Below are positions 9,465 to 17,133 of a DNA stretch of 38,789 nt, one piece after another. The notes beneath the pieces were generated by a model. The model was not told where the DNA came from and ran no database searches. It worked only from the letters and a program-made list of their open reading frames with translations. Position numbers and translations under genes: made by a program. The first letter of the stretch is position 1. Every line of letters begins with the position of its first letter. Where the stretch lies: assembly GCA_964396485.1 (NCBI GenBank), contig CAYNFN010000467.1, forward strand, positions 1 to 38,789, in the 5' to 3' direction. Origin of the DNA: an uncultured Alcaligenaceae bacterium. GTDB lineage: Bacteria; Pseudomonadota; Gammaproteobacteria; Burkholderiales; JACQAP01.

Positions 9465-11336
9465 ATGTGCGGCATCATAGGCACCACATCTAGTCGCGCG
9501 GTTGCGGATCGCGAGTGGCTACGCGCCGGCCGCGATCGCTTGCGCCACCGCGGCCCCGACGATGGCGGTGAGTGGTGGTCGACTGACGGGCGGGTCGGCC
9601 TGGGCCACCGGCGGCTGGCCATCATCGATCTTTCTGCGGCCGGACATCAGCCAATGCAGGACGTCAACGACGAGCTGTGCATTGTCTTCAACGGCGAGAT
9701 CTACAACTTTGCCGAGCTGCGCCAGGAGTTGGTGGCGAAGGGGCATGCCTTCCGCTCCCGTAGCGATACGGAGGTGATTCTGGTTGCGTATCGTGAGTGG
9801 GGCACAGACTGCCTCTCGCGCCTGAATGGCATGTTCGCCTTTGCGCTTTACGACGGACGGCAGAGGCGACTTTTCATGGCGCGGGATCGGGTCGGGGAAA
9901 AGCCTCTGTTCTATGCGCTGGCCAATGGCACGCTGCGGTTTGCATCCGAACTCAAGGCACTAATGGCGGATCCGACGATGCCCCGGCGTATCGACCTAGA
10001 GGCGCTGGACTGCTACTTGGCAATGGGCTTCGTGCCGGGTGAGCGCTGCATGTTGCAGGGGGTGAAGAAACTACCGCCAGCCCATGCGCTGGTGTTCAAT
10101 CTGGAAAACGGACAATCGCGGCTGTGGCGCTACTGGCAGTTACCGGAGCTCGATGCCTCGGCAGCAGCCGGGCTGACGGATGAAGTCGAGCTGCAGGATG
10201 AACTGGAAGCCTTGCTGGAAGATGCAGTGCGTCGCCAGTTGGTGGCCGATGTGCCGGTGGGGGTGTTGCTCAGCGGCGGAGTGGATTCCAGTCTGGTGAC
10301 GGCCATGGCGGTACGGGCGACACCCAGGGTCAAGACCTTCACCATCCGCTTCCCTCGATATGGCCAATACGACGAAACCGAACATGCCCGGCTGATCGCG
10401 CGGCATTTTGGCACCGAGCATGTGGAGCTCGAGGCTGCTGAATCTACCGTGGATCTGCTGCCGGTGCTGGCTCGCCAATTCGATGAGCCGGTGGTGGATT
10501 CGTCCATGATCCCTACCTACCTCGTCAGTCGATTGATTCGTGATCACTGCACGGTGGCCCTTGGTGGTGATGGGGGAGATGAACTGTTCGGCGGGTATGG
10601 TCATTACAATCGCTTGCTCTGGATGCAACAGAAGCTGGGCTGGATTCCACGAAGCCTGCGCTGGTCCGTGGCCAAAGCAGGAGAAGCTCTGCTACCCGTC
10701 GGTTTCAAGGGCCGCAACTGGTTGCAAGGGCTAGAGGTTGACTTGCAAGCAGGCTTGCCGCTGATCGCCTCTTATTTCGACCGCACCATACGGCATAGAC
10801 TGATGACAGCACAGGGCACCTGGGCATTGGCTGCCGAACGCATCCGGGAACAACGCGTCCCCCGGGTGGCGGACCTGTTGCAACGAGCAACCCGTATGGA
10901 TTTCGAGAACTATCTGGCCGAAGACATCCTTGTCAAGGTGGACCGCGCCAGCATGCTCAACTCGCTGGAGGTGCGCGCCCCACTGCTGGACTACCGCCTG
11001 ATCGAGTTCGCATTCGGCAAGGTGCCGTCGCACCTGAAGGCTACGGCCACCAGCCGCAAGGTGCTGCTCAAGAAACTGACTACCCGCCTGTTACCGCGGG
11101 AGTTTGACCAGCATCGAAAGCAAGGATTCTCGATTCCGCTGGCTTCGTGGCTTCAATCGGGGTCCTGGCAAAGCTTCTTTCGAGAGGTGCTGTTGGGATC
11201 GGACAATGCCCTCTTTAGCAAAAAAGTGATGAGCAAATTGCTGGATGGGCAGGCTAAAGGTCGAGCCAATAGCGAGCGCTTGTTTGCACTGATGATGTTC
11301 GAGTTGTGGCGGCGGGAATATCAGGTATCCATTTGA
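9465..11336 (+). CDS. asparagine synthase (glutamine-hydrolysing) family amidotransferase
   Basis: 623 aa. It starts MCGIIG, giving the catalytic Cys2 of the class II glutaminase domain. It has HRGPDD, FNGEIYNF and the PP-loop LLSGGVDSS. Its position inside a polysaccharide locus suggests a sugar-carboxamide-forming paralog (WbpS-like role, inference) rather than housekeeping AsnB. Confidence 0.85.
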   Translation: MCGIIGTTSSRAVADREWLRAGRDRLRHRGPDDGGEWWSTDGRVGLGHRRLAIIDLSAAGHQPMQDVNDELCIVFNGEIYNFAELRQELVAKGHAFRSRSDTEVILVAYREWGTDCLSRLNGMFAFALYDGRQRRLFMARDRVGEKPLFYALANGTLRFASELKALMADPTMPRRIDLEALDCYLAMGFVPGERCMLQGVKKLPPAHALVFNLENGQSRLWRYWQLPELDASAAAGLTDEVELQDELEALLEDAVRRQLVADVPVGVLLSGGVDSSLVTAMAVRATPRVKTFTIRFPRYGQYDETEHARLIARHFGTEHVELEAAESTVDLLPVLARQFDEPVVDSSMIPTYLVSRLIRDHCTVALGGDGGDELFGGYGHYNRLLWMQQKLGWIPRSLRWSVAKAGEALLPVGFKGRNWLQGLEVDLQAGLPLIASYFDRTIRHRLMTAQGTWALAAERIREQRVPRVADLLQRATRMDFENYLAEDILVKVDRASMLNSLEVRAPLLDYRLIEFAFGKVPSHLKATATSRKVLLKKLTTRLLPREFDQHRKQGFSIPLASWLQSGSWQSFFREVLLGSDNALFSKKVMSKLLDGQAKGRANSERLFALMMFELWRREYQVSI

Positions 11337-11346
11337 AGTCGGCAAT

Positions 11347-12344
11347 ATGCACAAAGAATTATTTGAAATCCTTCGCTGTCCACAGGCGGGCCGGCGGCTT
11401 GTCCTGGAACAACCGGAGTATCACGGGAACCGCATTCGTTCCGGATGGCTCGTTTCCGAGGGTGGCGCACATCGTTATCCGATCCGGGATTTCATTCCCC
11501 GCTTCGTGCCCGAATCAAACTATGCCGATAACTTCAGTATGCAGTGGAACAAGTTCCGGCAAACGCAACTTGACAGCTACTCGGGACATCCGATTTCCGC
11601 GAATCGTTTTTGGAAGGGGACCGGTTGGCGCCCAGAAATATCGCCGGACAATGGGTGCTGGATGCCGGATGCGGTGCAGGTCGGTTCGCAGAAGTGGCTC
11701 TCCAGGCAGGGGCCAAGGTGGTCGCACTGGATTACTCCAGTGCTGTCGATGCCTTTTATGCCAATCTGCAGCACTATCCCAACCTGCATGTGGTGCAGGG
11801 CGATATCTACGCTCTGCCGTTCCCCAAGGGATTTGTCCCTTACGTTTGCTCGCTTGGGGTGTTACGGCACACGCCGGATGTTGCGAAGGCATTTGCCGCC
11901 TTGCCTCCAATGGTTGCGGGAGACGGGCGGCTTTGTGTCGATTTCTATCAGAAATCTTGGAAGAGCCTGATGCTGCTCAAGTATTGGCTGCGGCCGATGA
12001 GAAGACGTATTCCCGAAGCGCTGCTGTTCCTAGCGTTGGTGTCGTTGGTGCCCAATTTGTTGCCCCTGAGCCGCGCGCTTGGCGGCGTACCATTGTTTGG
12101 TCGCGGGCTGAAACGATTGGTTCCCGTAGCGAACTATGTCGGCACTTACCCTTTGAGCGAGAAGCAACATCTGGAATGGTCTCTTCTCGACACGTTCGAT
12201 TGGCGGTCACCGGAGTTTGACAATCCGCAGACAGCAGAAACCGTGAACGGTTGTTTGCGCGATTCTGGCTTAGAACAAATCGAGGTACTAAAGGTGGGCC
12301 ATCTAGTGGGGCGAGGAGCCATGCCGTATGCGTCTCGGGATTGA
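11347..12344 (+). pseudogene. SAM-dependent methyltransferase with N-terminal Trm112-like domain, interrupted by a -1 frameshift near 11636-11638
   Basis: Frame 1 gives MHKELFEILRCPQAGRRLVLE...NFSMQWNKFRQTQLDSYSGHPISANRFWKGTGWRPE and then runs into nonsense. Frame 3 continues NIAGQWVLDAGCGAGRFAEVALQAGAKVVALDYS...GDIYALPFPKGFVPYVCSLGVLRHTPD (motif I plus post-I). Adding one A to the AAA run at 11636-11638 joins them as ...GWRPENIAGQWVLDAGCG.... Confidence 0.65.
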
Positions 12345-13497
12345 CGCATCCAATATACGGCTTGGAGGCGGCGTCACCCATCTGACCGAACTGCTACGGG
12401 TAGCCGATCCACTTGCATGTGGGTTTACGCAAGTCATCGTCTGGAGTGGGCAGGCGACCTTAAATCGGATCGCAAACCGTCCGTGGCTTCTGAAGTCCCA
12501 CCAATCGTTACTAGACAGGAGCTTGCCTTATCGCGCCGTCTGGCAACGTTTCAGGCTTTCCAGGCTGGCCCGGATGGCCAGGTGCGATGTGCTTTTTGTG
12601 CCCGGTGGTTCGTACGCAGGTGACTTTCACCCGATGGTGACCATGAGCCAAACCATGCTGCCGTTCGAGTGGCGGGAGTTGCGGCGGTACGGATGGTCCA
12701 TGACAACCCTCAGATTGATTCTGTTACGGAGGATGCAGTCGCGCAGCTTCCGGCGGTCGGATGGGCTTATTTTTCTGACGCAGTATGCTCGCGATAGAGT
12801 GATACAAGCCATCAAAGCTACTGCTGCTCGAACGACGAATATTCCCCACGGCATCGATGACCGATTTGCCAGTCCGCCACGCGAGCAACGGGCCATAAGC
12901 CAATTTTCGCTGGATCGGCCATTTCGCATCCTGTATGTCTCGATCATTGATGTGTACAAGCATCAGTGGCATGTTGCAGAGGCAATGGCTAAGTTAAGGG
13001 AAAGCGGTTTGCCCGTGGTACTGACTTTAGTGGGTCCAGCGTATCCGCCCGCCTTGAAGAGATTGAAGGCTGCGCTGGAACGGTTGGATCCTGAGGGCAC
13101 GTTCATTCGGTACTTGGGGCCGATTTATCATAGCGACTTCCCCAAGCACTACGGTGAGGCGGATGCGTGCCTCTATGCGTCGAGCTGCGAGAACATGCCA
13201 AATATTCTCCTGGAAGGAATGGCATCCGGGCTGCCAATCGCTTGTTCCAATCGCGGTCCGATGCCTGAGGTGCTGGGCGATGCTGGCGTGTATTTCGATC
13301 CAGAAAACCCGGATGACATTGCCCGTGCGCTTCGCGAACTGATCGACTCGCCTGAGTTGCGGGCCGGATTGGCGAAAGCTTCCTTTGAGCGTGCACATAG
13401 TTATTCTTGGCAGCACTGCGCCCGTGAGACATTCACGTTCCTGGCGGAGGTTTCCCGTGCGCACGGCGGTAAACCTGCAATGCCGTTTCATCCCTGA
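12328..13497 (+). CDS. family 4 glycosyltransferase (GT-B, EX7E)
   Basis: The N-terminus is MRLGIDASNIRLGGGVTHL. The C-terminal CENMPNILLEGMASGLPIACSNRGPMPEVLGDAGVYFDPENPDDIARAL carries the EX7E motif of retaining GT4 enzymes. Confidence 0.8.
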   Translation: MRLGIDASNIRLGGGVTHLTELLRVADPLACGFTQVIVWSGQATLNRIANRPWLLKSHQSLLDRSLPYRAVWQRFRLSRLARMARCDVLFVPGGSYAGDFHPMVTMSQTMLPFEWRELRRYGWSMTTLRLILLRRMQSRSFRRSDGLIFLTQYARDRVIQAIKATAARTTNIPHGIDDRFASPPREQRAISQFSLDRPFRILYVSIIDVYKHQWHVAEAMAKLRESGLPVVLTLVGPAYPPALKRLKAALERLDPEGTFIRYLGPIYHSDFPKHYGEADACLYASSCENMPNILLEGMASGLPIACSNRGPMPEVLGDAGVYFDPENPDDIARALRELIDSPELRAGLAKASFERAHSYSWQHCARETFTFLAEVSRAHGGKPAMPFHP

Positions 13498-13498
13498 C

Positions 13499-15427
13499 AT
13501 GTGCGGTATAGCCGGCTGTTACGGCTCATTCGCCCCTGAACGGCTTGCTCAGGCGAGCCGCCTACAAGCCCATCGTGGCCCGGATGCCGATGGAATCTGG
13601 TTCGATAGTGGAACCGGAATCGGCCTTGCCCACCGCCGTTTATCGATCCTTGACCTCTCCTCGGCGGGGGCCCAACCCATGGTCAGTGACGATGGCTCCG
13701 TGGTGTTGGTGTTCAACGGCGAAATTTACAACTTTCGGGAACTGCGGGCGGAATTGGAGGCGGGCGGTCACGGTTTCCGTGGGCATTCCGATACCGAGGT
13801 GTTGCTGCATCTCTATCTCGCTCACGGCGAACAGATGCTGGGACGGCTCAATGGCATCTTCGCCTTCGCTCTCTGGGACAAGCGCAACCAATCGCTGTTA
13901 GTGGCGCGCGACGCGTTTGGTGTAAAGCCGCTTTACTACGCCGACACTGCGGCCGGATTTACCTTCGCCAGCGAGATCAAGGCGCTGTTGTATCTTGTGC
14001 CAGAGGTGCGAGAACTCGATATTCCAGCGCTTCACCGTTATCTGAGTTTTCTCTGCTGCCCTGGCGAGGGTACGCCGCTGAGGGGCGTGCGCAAACTTTT
14101 GCCGGGCGAGGCGATGGTGGTGCGGGCGGGGAGGATTGCCCGGCGCTGGAGTTGGTATCAGTTGCCGGTATTTCGCGGGGTTACCGGGGATCTTTCCGAA
14201 GCGGACTCGCTAACTGGCACGGTTGAGGGGTTGCGACGTGCGGTGCATCGCCAACTGGTCGCAGATGTTCCAGTGGGAGCTTTCCTGTCTGGTGGACTGG
14301 ATTCGAGTGCGGTCGTCGCCTTCGCGCGCGAGCAGGTGCCGGATATCCGCTGCTTCACTATCGAATCGGCCGGCGGTCAGGAGGCCGGCACCACGGATGA
14401 TCTTCCCTATGCCCGCCGCGTGGCGCGGCACCTCGATGTGCCGCTGGACGTGGTGCGGATTGATGCCGGCCGCATGGCGGACGATGTGGAGCGCATGGTC
14501 GTGCAACTGGACGAACCGCTCGCAGACCCGGCGCCACTCAACGTGCTGTACATCAGTCGCTTGGCGCGCGAGCACGGGGTCAAGGTTCTGCTCTCCGGCG
14601 CTGGCGGGGATGATCTCTTTACGGGCTATCGGCGACACGTGGCGGTGCGGTACGAGCACCTCTGGCGTTGGCTGCCTACGGGAGTGCGTGGCGAGCTGGA
14701 ATGCTGGGCATCTGGGCTTGATCAGCGCAATCCCCTGTTCCGCCGACTGGCGAAGTTGTTTAACGGCGCGGGGCTGGAAGGGGACGCGCGGCTGGCGGCG
14801 TATTTCGCCTGGGCGCGGGAAGCGGATTTGCTGGCACTTTACACGCCGGAGTTTCGCGCCAGCCTTGGGGAGGCCTGTGCCGCCGCGCCCATGCTCGAAT
14901 TTCTGCAGCCGCTGCCCGCATCGGTGCGACCGTTGGACAAGATGCTTGCCCTGGAGCAGCGTTTCTTTCTGGCAGATCACAACCTCACTTATACCGATAA
15001 GATGTCAATGGCGGCGGGGGTGGAGGTACGGGTGCCGTTCCTCGACGCTGATCTGGTGGAGCATGCGGCAAAGATTCCGCTGGGACTGAAGCAACGGGGA
15101 CGTGTGGGGAAATGGGTGCTTAAGAAGGCGATGGAACCTTACTTGCCCAAAGATGTGATCTATCGCCCGAAGTCCGGTTTTGGGGCACCCTTGCGCCGCT
15201 GGATGCAGCATGAACTGCGTCCCTTGCTGGGCGACCTGCTCTCGGTGGATAGTCTCAGGCGGCGCGGCTTGTTTGCGCCGGCCGCGGTGCAGCAACTGAT
15301 TGCACGGAACGATAGCGGCAAGGCGGATGCGGCCTACACTTTATTGTCGTTGTTGAGCATTGAAATCTGGTGCCGCGCATTTCTGGATGGTCGGCCCATT
15401 GGAGCAGAATCACGTGACAACCGATAA
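13499..15427 (+). CDS. asparagine synthase (glutamine-hydrolysing) family amidotransferase (second paralog)
   Basis: ATG 13499 gives MCGIAGCYG (Cys2) two bases after the upstream stop. The track ORF start at 13385 is an upstream extension. It has HRGPDA, FNGEIYNF and the PP-loop FLSGGLDSS. Length is 642 aa. Confidence 0.85.
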   Translation: MCGIAGCYGSFAPERLAQASRLQAHRGPDADGIWFDSGTGIGLAHRRLSILDLSSAGAQPMVSDDGSVVLVFNGEIYNFRELRAELEAGGHGFRGHSDTEVLLHLYLAHGEQMLGRLNGIFAFALWDKRNQSLLVARDAFGVKPLYYADTAAGFTFASEIKALLYLVPEVRELDIPALHRYLSFLCCPGEGTPLRGVRKLLPGEAMVVRAGRIARRWSWYQLPVFRGVTGDLSEADSLTGTVEGLRRAVHRQLVADVPVGAFLSGGLDSSAVVAFAREQVPDIRCFTIESAGGQEAGTTDDLPYARRVARHLDVPLDVVRIDAGRMADDVERMVVQLDEPLADPAPLNVLYISRLAREHGVKVLLSGAGGDDLFTGYRRHVAVRYEHLWRWLPTGVRGELECWASGLDQRNPLFRRLAKLFNGAGLEGDARLAAYFAWAREADLLALYTPEFRASLGEACAAAPMLEFLQPLPASVRPLDKMLALEQRFFLADHNLTYTDKMSMAAGVEVRVPFLDADLVEHAAKIPLGLKQRGRVGKWVLKKAMEPYLPKDVIYRPKSGFGAPLRRWMQHELRPLLGDLLSVDSLRRRGLFAPAAVQQLIARNDSGKADAAYTLLSLLSIEIWCRAFLDGRPIGAESRDNR

Positions 15428-16035
15428 ACAGCAGACCCACGACTTCTGGAACGAAGCGTCCTGCAGGGAGAATCTCTATTTTCGTGGATCTGATCGCGAA
15501 GCTTAAGAGTCCCAGGTCCAGAAGCGCTACGAACTGGAACCTTAACATTCCGGAATTTGCGGGTTTTGATCGTACGCGAGGCGAGCGGGTCCTGGAAATT
15601 GGCGTGGGTCTGGGTGCGGATCACCAACGCTTTGCTCAGGCGGGTGCTCTGACCGGCATCGATCTTACCGAGCGGGTGGTTGAACACACGGCGCGGCGTC
15701 TGGCGACTTTTTGGGCTTTAGTCACGCCTGGCGGTGGGCGATGCGGCGCAGCTCGATTTCCCGGATGAACATTTTGACCGGGTTTACTCCTGGGGAGTTT
15801 TGCTCCATAGCCCCGATACGCCCAAGGCCGTATCCGAGGTGTGGCGGGTACTGCGATGTGGCGGGGCGGCACGGATCATGATCTACCACAAGCGCTCGCT
15901 GGTTGGCTACATGCTCTGGCTACACTACGCATTACTGACGAGAAAGCCATGGCTCAGCCTGAGCGATATCTACGCGAGTCATCTCGAAAGTCCCCGGGGA
16001 CGAAGGCTTACACCATTATCGAGGCCACAAAGTGA
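15414..16035 (+). pseudogene. decayed class I SAM-dependent methyltransferase gene (nonsense codon, several frameshifts, 3' truncation)
   Basis: GTG 15414 opens VTTDKQQTHDFWNEASCRENLYFRGSDREA, followed by TAA at 15504-15506. The same frame continues ESQVQKRYELEP, then TAA at 15543-15545 where an extra A shifts the frame. The next frame reads IPEFAGFDRTRGERVLEIGVGLGADHQRFAQAGALTGIDLTERVVEHTARRLA (motif I). A third frame reads GDAAQLDFPDEHFDRVYSWGVLLHSPDTPKAVSEVWRVLRCGGAARIMIYH. A fourth reads SPGTKAYTIIEATK. The reading ends where wecB begins. Confidence 0.6.
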
Positions 16036-17132
16036 AGTGGATTGATCTCATCGCCGGCGCGCGCCCGAATTTCATGAAGATCGCGCCGATCATCGACGCA
16101 TTGAAGTCGGCGCAGTTGAGAGGGAGTTCACTCCAATATCGTATGATCCACACCGGGCAGCACTATGATCGCGCCATGTCGGCTGGCTTCTTCGAGCAAC
16201 TCGGCATTCCGGAACCGGACATCAACCTCGAGGTGGGTTCGGGCACTCAGGCGGAGCAGAGCGCCGCCATCATGGTGCGCTACGAAAAGGTGTTGCTGAA
16301 CCAGCGAAGTGACCTGTGCCTGGTGGTGGGGGATGTGAACTCGACCATGGCCTGTTCCATCGTCGCTCGCAAGCTGGGAGTACCGGTGGCGCATGTCGAA
16401 GGGGGCATTCGCTCGGGTGACTGGACCATGCCGGAGGAGATCAACCGGGTGGTGACGGATTCAATCACCAACTGGTTTTTCACCACCAGCGAGACGGCCA
16501 ACGCCAACCTGCGCCGGGCGGGGGTAGCCGACGACCGCATCTTTTTCGTCGGCAACACGATGATCGATACCCTGCTGAAGCAGACGCCTTACTTACGGCC
16601 GCCGGTGTTCTGGGACGAATTGGGCTTGCACCCGGGGCAATATTTTGTAGTGACCTTGCACCGTCCGGCGAATGTAGACGGTGAACAGCAGTTGTTACGC
16701 TTTCTCCATGCCATTGCCGAGGGCACGGGTGGCTTGCCGGTGGTGTTCCCGGTGCATCCCCGCACGGCAAAGAACCTGTGCGATCTGGAAGGGCAGATTC
16801 CTGGTATGCACTACGTGGATCCGCAGGGCTATCTGGAGTTCAACTATATGGTCAAGCACGCCAGAGGAGTGATAACCGATTCCGGTGGCATCACCGAAGA
16901 GACCACCGTCATGGGTGTGCCTTGTCTCACGTTGCGGGACAATACTGAGCGACCGGAGACAGTGACGGTGGGCACCAATGAATTGATAGGCACCAACCCT
17001 GCCAATCTGGCCCCCGCGCTTGCGCGCTTGTTGGCGGGGCAATGGAGAAAGGGCGCGATTCCGGAAAAGTGGGATGGCAAGGCGGCCGTCAGGATCGTGG
17101 CGGAACTGGAGCGATTGTTGTCTGGTGCATGA
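16032..17132 (+). CDS. wecB: UDP-N-acetylglucosamine 2-epimerase (non-hydrolysing)
   Basis: 366 aa with GARPNFMKIAPI, HTGQHYD, HVEGGIRSGD, DSGGITEETTVMGVPCLTLRDNTERPETV. This is the full-length WecB/MnaA family pattern. The start is GTG. Confidence 0.85.
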   Translation: MKWIDLIAGARPNFMKIAPIIDALKSAQLRGSSLQYRMIHTGQHYDRAMSAGFFEQLGIPEPDINLEVGSGTQAEQSAAIMVRYEKVLLNQRSDLCLVVGDVNSTMACSIVARKLGVPVAHVEGGIRSGDWTMPEEINRVVTDSITNWFFTTSETANANLRRAGVADDRIFFVGNTMIDTLLKQTPYLRPPVFWDELGLHPGQYFVVTLHRPANVDGEQQLLRFLHAIAEGTGGLPVVFPVHPRTAKNLCDLEGQIPGMHYVDPQGYLEFNYMVKHARGVITDSGGITEETTVMGVPCLTLRDNTERPETVTVGTNELIGTNPANLAPALARLLAGQWRKGAIPEKWDGKAAVRIVAELERLLSGA

Positions 17133-17133
17133 C

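Noticed and set aside
11306-12220. 304-aa plus-strand ORF overlapping the frameshifted methyltransferase, and same-strand alternative-frame ORFs such as 14223-15089, 27606-28670, 6654-7109 and 7445-7882
   Set aside because: They are out of frame with sequences that carry unmistakable motifs (SAM motif I, AsnB PP-loop, the WecA blocks). Their own translations are low-complexity Arg/Ala/Gly strings.
9465-15427. PEP-CTERM/exosortase-type EPS system, suggested by the multiple asparagine-synthase paralogs
   Set aside because: No exosortase, EpsH/EpsI-like protein, PEP-CTERM protein or Wza/Wzc-type gene is present in this window. Amidotransferase paralogs also occur in ordinary O-antigen loci, so the association cannot be claimed from this sequence.
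17020-17133. Upstream extensions of track ORFs that use the first ATG/GTG/TTG. They affect the ORFs starting at 17020, 19167, 13385, 2692, 1604, 30727 and 32382.
   Set aside because: In each case a downstream start gives the conserved N-terminus (MKQILQ..., MLRLWH..., MCGIAG, MRIKKF..., MTSITG...). That start also abuts or minimally overlaps the previous stop, whereas the extension would overlap the upstream gene by 50-130 nt.
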